Positions 23,229 to 35,890 of a stretch of 64,000 nt of DNA are shown here, in pieces (the stretch's first letter is position 1; every line of letters begins with the position of its first letter). The position numbers were made by a program, and so were the translations under genes. Under the pieces are notes generated by a model. The model was not told the DNA's origin and did not search any database. It was given only the letters and a program-made list of their open reading frames with translations. The stretch is from Camelus dromedarius (taxonomy: Eukaryota): positions 46,750,001-46,814,000 of the forward strand of contig NC_087437.1 in NCBI RefSeq assembly GCF_036321535.1. The letters are read 5' to 3'.

Positions 23229-25781
23229 GCCTTATTGACATTTTCATTGAGGAATGGTTAACTTAAGGGAACTATGTTGAACCTTTTTTATTCAAAAACA
23301 AGGTACACCTTTCCACTCATCCAGCTCTTTTGAGCCCTCAGTAGTATTTTAGAATGATTTCTCTAAACAGATCTTGCACATTTCTTGTTCAGACTATTCT
23401 TATATAGTTTTTGTTACTATTTTGATATTTAAATAGTTTTTTTTCCACCATGTCTTCTAATAGATTGCTATTTTTGAAGATAATTGATTTCCATATATTC
23501 ATGTCTAGCGCCATACTGAATTCTTGAAAATATTTTTTAATTTTTAAAAATGTAATGGCATGCTTAAGAATTTTACTCATGGACAACATATCCAGAAATC
23601 TTGGAAGCAACTGGTCTATATGATGAAGTCTAAACCCTTTATGAAGGTCCTTCGTGAGTTGACACTTTCTGATTCCCTAATCTCCGGAGCCACCATGTCA
23701 CCACACACCTGCTGAGCCTTTAAGTGCTTGTGAGTATCTAAATACAAATGATTCTTGAATATTTTTGCTTTGCTGTAGTTTCATTCCACTAATAATTCTA
23801 TTCACAAACTTCTACCATTGTCTTTGTCCAGAAAACTCATCACCTCTTCTCGGACTCAGTTCACGTATTCCCTCTTCTAAGAAACATCTAAAACCCCAGA
23901 CACATTGAGTTTCTCCCTTATTTTTGTTTTCAGAGTGCCCGGTATAAAACTAAATTATTCCAATTATCCTATTAGTTTGTAACTAATTATGGAAATGTCT
24001 TCTTCATTAGTCTGTGACATTCTTAAGATAAGGTTGTTTTCTTGTTTGTTTTTATATTTCTAATACCTAAATGTAGTAGATAACAAATACATGGTGAATT
24101 GACTCTCATAGGCGCATTGCCATATAATGTGAGCCCAGATACTTGATTTTGCCTGGAAGAGAGACTTACAGTCTTAAGCTGAGAAAGAACCACATGTTCT
24201 GCAAATCTAAACCCCTCATATGAGGGGTTACGTATGAGGATAATGAAGACACAGAGGAGTAATTTGCCCCAGATCACAAATCCAGGAAGGGGCAGAGCCA
24301 GAACAGGTACACAGTTTGTTTTCCGTGTTATCCACAGCTCTTTTCACTACTCCACAAAGTTGAATGGGTGTATTTCCAGGCGTGTATACATTTGTAAAAT
24401 CTTGTTCTCTGAGACTCTGCATGTTCCTGAGATGTATACACAGAGGATGGAATATATAATCACTCTCCAATCAATACTCATGAGAAAACACTGAAAACCT
24501 AAGTGCGATCCTGCTCATCACCAGAATAACAGCTGTTGTAATTTCTTACCTTCTACTCCCAACAGAGATGAAGTTGCATAGGCAAGCTGATGCTTTTTGG
24601 TACTAAACCTCCCTCTTCGATACGCTGTTTTCAAAGGATAGAGCCAAGAAGTAGTGGTACCTGGTTATTTTTTAAAGGATAATTTCTCTTTTCATCATTA
24701 CAGTTTTGAGTTACAAGAAGTCACCTATAGAAATGTTTGGTGTCTATAAACAGACAACTACAGTTTGCCTCAAAACTGAGGCCCATTTACTCAAACAGAT
24801 CGTTCATTCAGGAGCTTCATTTACTAACAGAACCTCAACACTGTATCTCAAACCATTGTCTCAAATTGCTCTGCACCCAAATAGCCAACATCTTTTTGGA
24901 TATTTCTCCAAGATTGCTTCACACAGTCTTAAAATAATCAAGTCCAGACCTAATCTCATTTCTCTTTCTCCAATATTGATTTCTCCCTCTGTGTTTGTTC
25001 TTTTGAAGACCTCTTCAGCTCAGTTCAGGTCATAACCAACTAGCTTCTAAGTGAGCAAATATATCCCCAAACAAATAAAGCCAGCCTCTTCCCTTTTTCT
25101 ACCATCCCACCAGTATAGACTCCCCTTCATAATAATTTCTTCATTTACACAAGTGGCACCATTATCATTTCAGATTATCAAGAACATTTTGGAATTAGTT
25201 GGTTTCCCCACCAAGATTAGATTTAAATCTCAGTTCCTCCTACACCTCCGTGTAAACTGCTCTCAAACAGTTTCTAAACTAATACGCTACGACCCTGTGA
25301 GTTGCTGGTGGTATGCCCTTTGTGACTCCAGGTACTGACAAAGCCCCTCTGCTGATGTTCTTTGGGATGGAATCTTCTGCCCTTTCTGGCCAAGCATCCA
25401 CCTTTCTTTCCATCTCTTCTAGATATTTTGCCCATCACTTGAGGATTGGCCCCAAAATTGCTGTGTCAGGGCTTAGGGCATTGTTGGAGCCACAGTTATT
25501 ACGAGCATGGTTATTATGGCCTAAGGATCGGCGTTTTGAGAGGGATGCCCTTTTGTACTACTTGTCTCATGTGACAAGTACACCTGAGCAGGGCATTAAT
25601 TCTCGAGGTTGGCCTGGCTCAGTCTCTTTTTCTGTGCTATCTCCTCCACGCTAACAACTGAATGGTGAGGTAAGGTGGTCTGCTCTACAGACACAGCCAC
25701 CTCAGACAGAAAGAGGGGGGAATCAGTAGGCCTGCTTCAAGCTATATGTAGCAACTCATTTTTACAATGAATCTGTATTTT

Positions 25782-27325
25782 AAAAAAAATTTATTCTTTT
25801 CCTTCTAGTTTTATTGACATATAATTGACATATAACTATAAGTTTAAGGAGTATAACATAATGATTTGACTTAAATCATGAGATGACCATTACAGTAAGT
25901 TTAGTGAATAACCATCATTTGATATAGGTACAAAAGTAAAGAAATAGAAAAATTTTGTGTGTGTGAGCACTGTTAGCATCCACTCTCTTAACAACTTCCA
26001 TATCTAACACACAGCAGTCTTAGTTATTTGTATCATGTTATACATTATATCCCTAGTGTTTGTTTATCTTCTAACTGGAAGTTTGGAATACCTTTAGACA
26101 GCCTCATCCAATTCACCCTTCCCCCAACCCCTGCCTCTGGTAACTACAAATCTGATCTCTTTTTCTAGGAGTTTGTTTGCTTGCTTGCTTGCTTGCTTTT
26201 GAAATATAATTGTCCTATAACACTATGTTATTTACTGTTATACAACATAGTGGGTTTTTTTGCCTACACATTTCACAGTGATCACCACTATAAGTCTAGT
26301 TCCAATGTTACCATACAAAAATATTACTCAGTTATTGACCATCGTCCCCATACTGTACATTTCATACCTGTGATTCATTTATTTTGCAACCAGAAGTTTG
26401 TACCTCTTGTGCTCTCTCACCTGTTTCTTTCCTCTTCCCACTCACCTCTCCTCTGGCAAACACCTGTTTGTTTGCTGTATCTGTAACTGTTTCTGTCCTG
26501 CTATGTTTGTACATTTGTTCTGTTGTTTAGATTTAAATCATACAGCATTTGTCTTTTGTGTTTGACTCTGGCTGTGGGGCCCTGGAGGTCCCAGAGGTGG
26601 TATTTTGGCCCATTGTTGGGTAAGGCCAGCACCCGGGGGGTCCTGGGGCTGGGGCCTACTCACTGGTGGGTGAAGCTAGTCCTGAGGCTAATGCTGGCCC
26701 ATTGGTGGGTGGAGCCAGTTCCTGGGGTCTCTGGTGGATGGGGCCAGGTCACTGATCAGGGCAGATGTGGGCTCCATGGTTCTTAGTGCAGCAGGCCTGC
26801 TGGTAGGTGGGCTGTGTCTCCACCCAGCTAGTTGGTTGGCCTGAGACATCCCTATACTGGTGGCTGATAGGCAGCTGAGTGAGGATGGGTCTTAGTGCTA
26901 ATAAGTTAGAGGGAGGATCCCCAAATGGTGCTTGCCAGCACCAGTGTCCACAGCTCCTAAAATGGCTGCTGCCAGAGTCTGTGTTCCTGGGATGAGCCCT
27001 GCTGCCTTCTGCCTGTCTGGGAGGCTGTCCAAGATCAGCAGGTGGGCTTGAGCCAGGCTCCTTTCCTGTTACTGCTTCTGCCCTGGGAGCTGGAGTGTGC
27101 CCTTTAGGAGTATGGGTAGGGGCCCTGACTATACCGCATGTCTGCCCCTCCTACCCATCTTGTATCCTTCTTTATATCTTTAGTTGTGGAAGATCTTTTC
27201 TGCTTGTCTTCTGGTTTTTCTCATTAATAGTTTTCCTGAAAATAGTTGTAATTTTGGTGTGCCTGTGGGAGGAGGTGAGCTCAGGGTCTTTTTATTCTGC
27301 CATCTTGGCCACTTCCTTGGGGACC
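25782..27325 (-). mobile_element. Internally deleted L1: 5'UTR fused to 3'UTR, no ORF1/ORF2
   Basis: Minus-strand 5' end with YY1-type GGCCAAGATGGCAG and GACCCTGAGCTCACCTCCTCCCAC. GC-rich 5'UTR runs to ~26567, then L1 3' terminal sequence. TSD CTGTATTTT at 25773-25781 and 27326-27334. Confidence 0.75.
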
Positions 27326-27369
27326 CTGTATTTTGAATTTGGGGATGGATTTAGTTACTGTAAACATAA

Positions 27370-28310
27370 TTTTCTAAATCTGATGAAAAATGTTAACAAG
27401 CTAATTCAAGAGGCTAAACAAAAACCGATTTGAGATAACACAAGGTAAAGCACACCAAGATACTTTATAATCAAATTTCAGAAATACATAAAACAGTATT
27501 TTAAAAATACTCAGAGAAAAAAAGACATATTACATACAAGGAGACAATGATTCAAAGAGGGCTGAATTTTTATGTGAAACCAATGAGGCCAAGATACAAC
27601 TGAATGACATCTTAAGATGATGAATGAAAAGAAAAACTGTCAACCTAGACTTCTATATCCAGTGAAAATATTCCTCAGATCTAAAGGCAAAATATAGTTA
27701 TTTTCAGATAAACAAAAGCTAGGAGAATCTTGATAGCAGGTGAACACTAAAAGAAATGTTAAAAGAAAATTTTCAGGCAGAGTAAGAGATATAGCAGCTA
27801 GAAACTTGGATCTACACAAAGAAATGTGGAGTTCTGGAAATGAAAAATATGTGAATAAGCATAATACAGTTTAAAAAAATTTTTTTTACTTTAAAAGATA
27901 ATTAACTTTTTAAAACAAAGTGACCAAAATATGTTGTGGCTTTACAAAATAGAGAAGTAAAATGTGTGCATCAAATGCACAAAACAAGTGAGTCAGGAAA
28001 AAGACTTTATATTGTTATAAAGTTTGTGTTTTATAATTGAAGTGATACAATACTGTTTGAAGATAAAATATGATAAAGATACATGTACATACTAGAGAAA
28101 GCACAAATACACACAACAGGCAAAGCAAGACAAAGAAGTGTAACTAAATACCAACTGAGGAGTGAAATGGAATATTGAAAAACAATTAATGCAAAATAAA
28201 GCTGTAAAGGAAGAGAAATAGCAAAGAACAGATGCACAAACAGAAAAAAAATAACAAACCAGCAGGCTTAAACCAATCATAGCAACAATCATATTAAAAG
28301 TAAATGGAGT
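27370..28310 (+). mobile_element. Old L1 fragment: ORF1 C-terminus, inter-ORF and ORF2 start
   Basis: tgtcaacctagacttctatatccagtgaaaata (CQPRLLYPVKI, ORF1-like); ends in ...acaatcatattaaaagtaaatgga (ITLNVNG-like start of the endonuclease). Confidence 0.7.
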
Positions 28311-29161
28311 AGGGGCTCTTCTGGTTTGGCTGCGTGGTTCCTAAAGGATGATGCTGTCTCATGGATAACCTCTCCAAACTTTAGACAAAATACAAAACAA
28401 AAAATAGTGCCAAAAGGCAATAAAAGCTAACAACAGAAATAGCCACATTCTGGAGGCAAGTAGACACTTGAAAAAGGCAACAGCATAGGGCGAGTTACTG
28501 GGTTTTGTATCTTTTATCTTGAAGGCAGGTGAAATTTGGCACTGCTTGGGGTGACTAAATCTTTAATTAAAAACATGCTTAGCCTTTCTAACCTGAAGAA
28601 CCTGAGGATAGAGTTTGGGGAAATCCCAGCTACTTAGAATAAAGTGTGCCTTCTGATCAAGAGAGACGAAGTGGGAACCCTTGCTTGCTGGTGTAAACTC
28701 TGCTCGAATCTCTCTTACCTCTGAAATATGTGTGTAGAATGACACCAGTTCAGGACAAAAACTGAACTAAGATTTCAGGTGCTACCAAAAAAGAGAGTTT
28801 GCAAATTTAAGACAAACTTGGAATTTCCAGAATCCAGATTTTCCACAGTATGACATGCAAAATATCTAAGACACAATACAAACTTACTCAATTTAAGAGA
28901 ATGCAGGAAAATGTACTGACCCCTGAGCAAGATAAAATAGCAATCAATGGAGCCCAACCCCGAGATGATTCAGCTCTTAGAGTTAATATACATGGATGTC
29001 AAAACACTATTATAATTAACCTCAAAGATGAAAAGAAAAACATACTCAAGTGATTGAAAGATGATGTCCCATCAGAGAAAAAAAAAACTATGGAAAATAA
29101 TAAATGAAGTTGTAGAAATGAAAAATACAATATGTTAAAATTAAAAGTTCACTGATGGGAT

Positions 29162-29770
29162 TGAGGTGGGAAGCCCCATAAAAAGACTGGCAGAACCCCC
29201 AGGCAGGACCACTACTCTCCTGCCAGCACTATCCAGTTCCCTGGCCCAGAGGCTCTACCTCACTTTTTGCATCTGAAACTGCATACTTACCCCTAAAATT
29301 CTATTGGTTCCCTGAGCTCACTTCTGACTGGTTATTTCCTTCACTCCTGATTGTTTATTTCTCTCACTTCTGATTGGTCAATTTCCCTAACTTCTGATTG
29401 GTCTATTTGTAGTACTTTATTTGCATGGAGCTCACTCCTGATTGGTTATTTCTCTCACTCCTGATTGGTCCATTTCCCTCACCCTGATTGGTTATCTCGC
29501 TCCCTCCTGATTGGTCCATTTCTACAAAGCTTGTTCCTAATTAGTCAACTTTTGTTATACCTTATTTGCATATGATGTTGCAAAGTGTAAACTGGCAGCC
29601 TATAAAAGCCTGTATAAACCTACAGCCAGGGTCCAGAGCTTGGAGTGTTAACTCCTCTGGGCCCGCTGGCGCAATAAATCTGAATTCTCCAACTCTCTGA
29701 GTGTGCTTGGTCTCTCGCCTGGATCCAGGTTGCTGTCACAACTGAGCAGTAACACATTTTTTCTGCAACA
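29162..29770 (+). mobile_element. ERV1-class solo LTR (609 bp) with tandem CCAAT-box repeats
   Basis: TG...CA termini, 4-bp TSD GGAT (29158-29161, 29771-29774), TATAAAA 29601-29607, AATAAA 29673-29678, ~23-bp CTCACTCCTGATTGGTYATTTC units in U3. Confidence 0.9.
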
Positions 29771-30385
29771 GGATGATCAGTAAAACAGACACTGAACTTG
29801 AAAACAGAGAAACAGAAATGATATATTTTGAAGTCTAGAGGGAAAAATGTAAAGAACATATCTTCACAGACCTCTAGAACAAAATCAAAGGACTGACATG
29901 TAGAAGTAGAATCCCAGAAGCAAGGGAGAGTGAGAACAGGACAAAGGAAATACTTAATGAAATAACAGCTAAAAAAATCCCAAGTTTTGTGAAAAGGATA
30001 ATTTATAAAGTCAAGAAAACTATCAATGCCAAGCATGACAAATGCAAAGAAGATTATGCCTGGAAGCTTCACAATCAAACGTCTGAAAACCCAAGATAAA
30101 GAGACAATCTTGAATCAGCCCAAGAAAAATGACACACTGTGAGTAAATGATAGTTGGACAAATGAAGACCAGAAGACAGTTGGAAAGCAACGTTTAAGTG
30201 CTAAAAGAGAGAGAGAGAAAAAAATCTGTCCACTCAAAATTCTTTATCTAACAAAATACCTATCAAGAAAGAAACAGAAAAAAGATATTTTCAGAGGAAA
30301 ATAAAAATTTACAGTTTAACCTCAGCAGACTTGCACTACAAAAAATGGTGAAGGAAGTTCTCCATTATGAAATTAAATAATACCA

Positions 30386-30645
30386 AATATAACAAAAAAG
30401 AAACAGACTCGCAGATACAAAGAACAAACTAGTGGTTATGTGGGAAGGGGTGGGGAGAGGCAATGTATGGGTAGTGGATTAAGAAGTATCAACTATTATG
30501 TATAAAATAAGCTACAAGGATATATTGTACAACACAGGGAATATAGCCAATATTTTATAATAACTCTAAATGGAGTATAGCATTAAAAAAATAATACCAG
30601 AAATTGACACAACATTGTAAACTGACTACAGTTCAATAAAATATA
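30386..30645 (+). mobile_element. Two adjacent younger L1 3' tails inserted into the old L1
   Basis: First tail (gaaacagactcgcagatac...ataagctacaaggatatattgtacaacacagggaatatagcc) is flanked by AAATAATACCA at 30375-30385 and 30589-30599. Second tail is gaaattgacacaacattgtaaactgactacagttcaataaaa. Confidence 0.75.
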
Positions 30646-33600
30646 TAATATGAAAACTTATATCTTCAGGAAAGAATTACAATTGTCACAAATGATAAAT
30701 TTTGGGTAAATTAAAAAGCCTATCTCTTTTCATCTTAATTTCTTAAAATACTTAGGACTGATTAAATAAAAAATCATAGCATTGTGGGGTATTTAATGGG
30801 TTTAGATGTAATGCATATGATAACTGTAGTATGAGGGAATATGGAGAAAAAAATGGATCTCCAACATTGCAAAGTTTCAAAAAGTATTGCAATATTAATT
30901 CTAAGTAGACTGTGAAAAGTTAAGGATACATACTGCAATCCCTAGAACAGCTACTAAAACACAGAGAAGTATAATGAAAAAGTCAATGGATAAATTGAAG
31001 TTACTTTCCAAAAATGTAAGTAGGCTTATACTCTAATTATAGGACAGAGATATCAGACACAGAAAACAAAGCGAACAAAAAATTTTCTGCTTATAAGAAC
31101 CACACATTAAATATAAAGGCAGATATATATTTTAAAGTACCATGCAAATACTAATTATAAGAAAGGTAGAGTAATGATATTCATATGTCAGAGAAAATAG
31201 ATTTCAGGGAAAGGTGACTTAGAGTTAAGGAGGAATATTTCATAATGATAAGAAGAACAATTCATCAAGCAATCCTAACAATAATAAATAGGTATGTACT
31301 TAATAGCAGAGTTTCAAAATAATTGAAGCAAATACTGACAGAAAGTAAAGGAAAACAGATTAATCTGCAGTAACAGTACAAGATTTAAAAACTCCTCTCT
31401 CAGTAATAACAGATCTATTTGAGAGAAAATCAGTAAGAGCAAAAACAAGTTGAAAAACTTTATCAACCAACTTGATCAAATTGACATTTATGGAGTGCTG
31501 CATCCAAGAACCTGCAGAATACTAACTCCTTTCAAATGCACACACAGAACATTCATCAAAATAGAACATATGTCGGGCCATTTAAAAAGTCTCAATTCCA
31601 AACATTGAAATTATACCAAATATGTTTTCCTACCACTATGGAATTAAAGTAGAAATCAATGAAAAAAAAACCAGCACCCAAGAAAGCTTCAAATATTTGG
31701 AAATTAAACAATTCAGATCTAAGAAAAATATGGGTTAAAGAAGAAATCAGAAAGAAAATACAAAATATTCTAAGATGACCTAATCTTTCAGCATAAGAAG
31801 CTTAAAAAGAGAAGCAAATTCAAATCAAAGTCAGTAGAAAAATGAAAATAACAGAGAAGCAGAAATTAATTAAATAGATAACAGTTAAACAATAGAGAAA
31901 AATCAATGAAATCAAATGTGGTTCTTTGAAAACGTTATTAAAATTGATAAATTCCCTGTCCGTATTCACCAAGAAAAAAAGAGAATACACAAATTACTAG
32001 TGTCGGGAATGAAAATGAGGATGCTAGTATAAATCTATACCTATTAAAAGGATAAAAAGAAATATTAAGAACACTATGAGCCAATAAGATTGACAATTCT
32101 GATGAAGTAGACAAATTCCTTAGGAAAAATAAGATTAATCAGTAAAGAAAAAACAGAAAATTTGAATAATCAATATCTATTAGCGAGATATAATTATTAA
32201 TTAACAACATTGCCAAAAAGAAAACTCTAGGCTCACATTGCTTCACTTAAATTTCCACAAAAATTTAAGCAAGAAATAATACATATCCTCTATAAACTCA
32301 TTCACAAAATTGAAAGGTACGCTTCACAATTCATAAAAATAAAGTCAGCATTACCCTGATACCTAACACAGATAAAGACATTACAGAGGAAAACATCTAC
32401 AGGCTGAAATCCCTTATAAGCAAAATTCTTTAACAAAACAATAGCAATACACACATGCACAAACACGCACACATACCAGTGGGATTTATCCCATTTATGC
32501 ATTTCAACATTCAGAAGTCAATCTAATTGATAACTTTAACAGAAAAATTCAGAGCAATCTAGAAAATATATAAACACCACAATAAATTCACAGAAGACAT
32601 TTGACAAAATCCAAAGCTCATTTGAATCCAAACTCTCTAAACTGAAAGGGAAGAAAAGACTTCATTTTATGAAGAGCATCTAAGAAATAATTATAGCCAG
32701 CATCATACCTAATCAATACTTCTCTCTTAAGATCAAGAATAAGGCCAGGATGACTGATTTCACCACTTCTATTCTACTTTGTAATTCAAGTTGTAGTCAG
32801 TGAACTACGTGGAGAAAAAAAAAGTCATGTAGATTGGAAGGAAGAAATAAAGCTGTCTTTATAGACAGTATGATGATATACGTAGAAATTCTAAGCAATC
32901 CACAAAGCAGCTAATGGAACTAATAAGTGAATTTAGCAAAATTATAGGATACAAGGTCAGTTTATTTCTATATGGTATCACCTAATGGAAATTGATTAAT
33001 AATATATACTATTTATGCTAGCATTAGAAAATATAAACTATTTAAGATAAATTTAACATTAAAGTAAGTACATAGCTTTATACTGGAAACTGCAAAACAC
33101 TAATGAGAGAAAGTAAAGAAGACTTAAATAGAGATACATATCATGCTTATATGTTTTGAAAAATTCAGAACTGTTAAGATGTCAATTCTCCCCAAATTGA
33201 ACTATGGTTTCAGCACAGTCTTAATAAAAACCTATCTATCTTTTAAAATGGAAATCAAATTGTGGGAGCTTATCAAACGGTACACTTAAGATCTATGCCT
33301 CTCTTTGTAAATTACTCCTGAATAGAAAAAAAGTGTTCTTTTTATTTCAAAATTTTCTACAATATGATTCTATAATGACTTCCTCTTGTATCACGAAAAT
33401 TAATCATCATAAGTCAAATAATTTATTTTAATAAAAATGCAGCTCATTTGAAAAGATTATCAATGCAATAATAGGTGCTTAAATCTAGAAGGTCTATTTT
33501 CAGTAGGATGTGTGGGCTACAAAACTGTCATCTGAGCTCAGGTTATAGTAAACACTGTTTTGCTGTGGTTAATGGAAGGGCTTTCTTCTCATTTACAAAG

Positions 33601-33685
33601 TAAAAAAATATATATACCCATTAATTTTTCACTCGCTAATGCAATAGTAAGGTAGCATTTTAAGATGATGAAAAGTGGTTCTTCA

Positions 33686-33895
33686 GGCAGCATGATGTAG
33701 CAAAAAGAAGTGTGGACTGAAGTCAGAAGGTTTGCACTGCACTCTTGGCACTGCCACTTTGTTGCTGCGCACTGAACCCTGGAGAAGTCCCCTGCGTCCC
33801 CGGCCTTCCCTTTCCTCATTTACAAAATGAAGTGATTGAACCGAATGACCTCCAAGGCCCTTCCTCCCTCTAACATACTGTGATCCATGATCCAT
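33686..33895 (+). mobile_element. MIR3-type SINE
   Basis: MIR core (tttcctcatttacaaaatga) with an L3/CR1-type tail atgacctccaaggcccttcc...tactgtgatccatgat. Confidence 0.7.
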
Positions 33896-34724
33896 CCCTC
33901 GAACTGTGACCATAGGTGTCCTCTGCTTTGACATTTTAATATGTCATGGCACTTACGCTTATTTTCATTCATTACATTACTACTCAAAGTTCAAATTCAG
34001 GAAGATATTTTAAGAATATTAGAAAAATAAATTAATTTTAGTTGATATTTATGATCCTGTTAGCACAGTATTTGTTATTAAGATCACATAAAGAACTAAT
34101 CATTCCCAATCTGATTCCAGAGGCATAGTGTATATTACAATAACATAAATCATATTAATGTGAATGTGAGATTAATTTCAAAAGGAGACAAATTGCGTGC
34201 TTTGCTCAGTATTTACATATTGGATATTATGAATTTATTTCTTATTCATGGTAATAACATTAATTACAATAAATTTGGTTTATATTCATGTAGATGTCAC
34301 ACACTCCTGGAATTTAGCATTTATAATATATGAATAAATGGCTACTAGCCTTTTACTCTCATATTTCAGATGTATTTACTCAAATGAATAGTCACAAAAT
34401 TAACAAGCTATGAAACCAGGGGAAAAACAATCTGGTAGTTGCATTTTATTGATTTTTGTCACCATATCAAAATACATAATTTCTTACCTCTGGCATTTAT
34501 TTTGTAATTTCATGTAATGAATTATTTATTAACAGCCAATGGCCTAGCTGGAAATTACTTTGATCTGGGTTCAACACTTGATGCTGGTTTAAGAGGGCTG
34601 GATCTTCAGTGAAATCAGCATCTGTATTAACATATAACCTGGTGCCATGTTTGTGCCCCGCACCTCTCCCAATTTTGATGAGGGATGATATGATATGATG
34701 CAAGGGATTAAAATTTAAAAAAAT

Positions 34725-34890
34725 CAAGGCACTAGAAAGCTTGGGATTGAAGCCTCAGCTGTACCACTTAAAATAGGCTCATTTTAGGCAACTTTCTGAA
34801 CCTCCTTATATCTGTAACGTGTAGATAACATTCAAATGTGATTCCATTTGTGACTATACCTGGAACTCCACAGGCAATCCATAAATATTA
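34725..34890 (+). mobile_element. MIR SINE, decayed
   Basis: gggattgaagcctcagctgtaccactta...ggcaactttctgaacctccttatatctgtaa...ataaatatta. Confidence 0.55.
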
Positions 34891-35399
34891 CTTGGATATG
34901 GATTTGCATTCTGTGTCCTCAGTCTAACTCTTACCTTCTGTTTTCTTAATCCCTTTGCTTTACAGTTGCTCTGTTAGATGAAAAACTTCCTGTACTGCCT
35001 CCCGCCGTGGGCTCATTAGTTCCCTATCCAGACCACTTGCATGCATCCCTACTCAGTCATCTAGGTTCCCAGCTCCAAAAGAGGGGGCCCTTTGGTTTCC
35101 ACCACTAGAGGCAAACCATCCTACTTCCTCAGACCCTTCCTCAAGCACTTTTGCTGCCTACCTTGACGGACACCCTCGAAGTGTCACTCTTCCTTCATGA
35201 CATTGAAACCCTCAAAACACTGCTGAAAAAGGTTCTTCCTCCTCCAGTCCTTGTTACTATTTAATTGCACCAATGAACTGGCTTTCTCCCTGACAGCCTC
35301 CTTTTCCTATGGTCCATCAGTTATGTTGCCTCTTGATCTATTCCTGAGGCATTCCTGACATCTTTCCCTGGCTCACAGACTGTTATTAACTTTCTACAG

Positions 35400-35890
35400 A
35401 TAACATAAGAAACTCTAAATTTATTACATGAGTTTTAAAGGCCTCCATTAATCTGGCCTAAATTTATCTTTCTAATCTTAATCGCTGTATCTACTTACAG
35501 ACTTTTTATTGCAGTCAAACTGAACTGTTGCTTGCATGCCTTCCTTCTTTCTATCTTTGTAATCATGTTCACATTTTCTCTACCAAGAATCCTTTTTCTC
35601 CTAACCCCACATGCCCAAAAGATGCCCATCTGTCACATACAAACTTAAGCTCCACCCCTTCCTGAAGTTTTCTTAGATCACTGCTGGAAGTAATGTCTTT
35701 CCACAGCGTGTTGGATCTGCCCCTTTCACGGCCCTCACTACTTCCCACATGCACCTATCTACAGAGATAGATGTATTCTCTCCCCATGTGTTCCTTGATT
35801 GCAGAACCCATACATGATTCAGTCGTTACTGCCTAAAAACATAGCACAATCGTTTTATAGAAAAATGGCTTCTTCAACAAATGAATGAGA
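35400..35890 (+). mobile_element. L2 LINE 3' fragment
   Basis: aaggcctccattaatctggcc...cagtcaaactgaac...tccaccccttcctgaagttttct...caacaaatgaatga. Confidence 0.55.

Larger units (their letters stand above)
28311..33332 (+). mobile_element. Old decayed L1 (5' region, ORF1, EN and RT remnants, 3' end) with nested insertions
   Basis: EN-like motifs at ~31380 (DFNTPLS-like), ~31565 (DHMLGH-like) and ~31625 (SDH-like). RT-like motifs at ~32740 (RQGCPLSPLLF-like) and ~32865 (ADDMIVYVE-like). L1 3' end tacacttaagatct...gtaaattac...aatagaaaaaaa. Many stops and frameshifts. Confidence 0.8.

Noticed and set aside
29300..29560. Regularly spaced repeats superficially like a CRISPR array
   Set aside because: Units are adjacent with no unique spacers, lie inside a eukaryotic LTR, and no cas genes are present.
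29620..30078. Longest ORF in the window (152 aa, minus strand)
   Set aside because: Antisense to decayed L1 ORF1 and the LTR end, and crosses an insertion boundary. The Phe-rich composition reflects the A-rich opposite strand.
28311..33332. Potentially active L1 or functional reverse transcriptase
   Set aside because: Catalytic motifs are mutated, there are many stops and frameshifts and internal deletions, and no long sense ORF. The same applies to 61565-63329.
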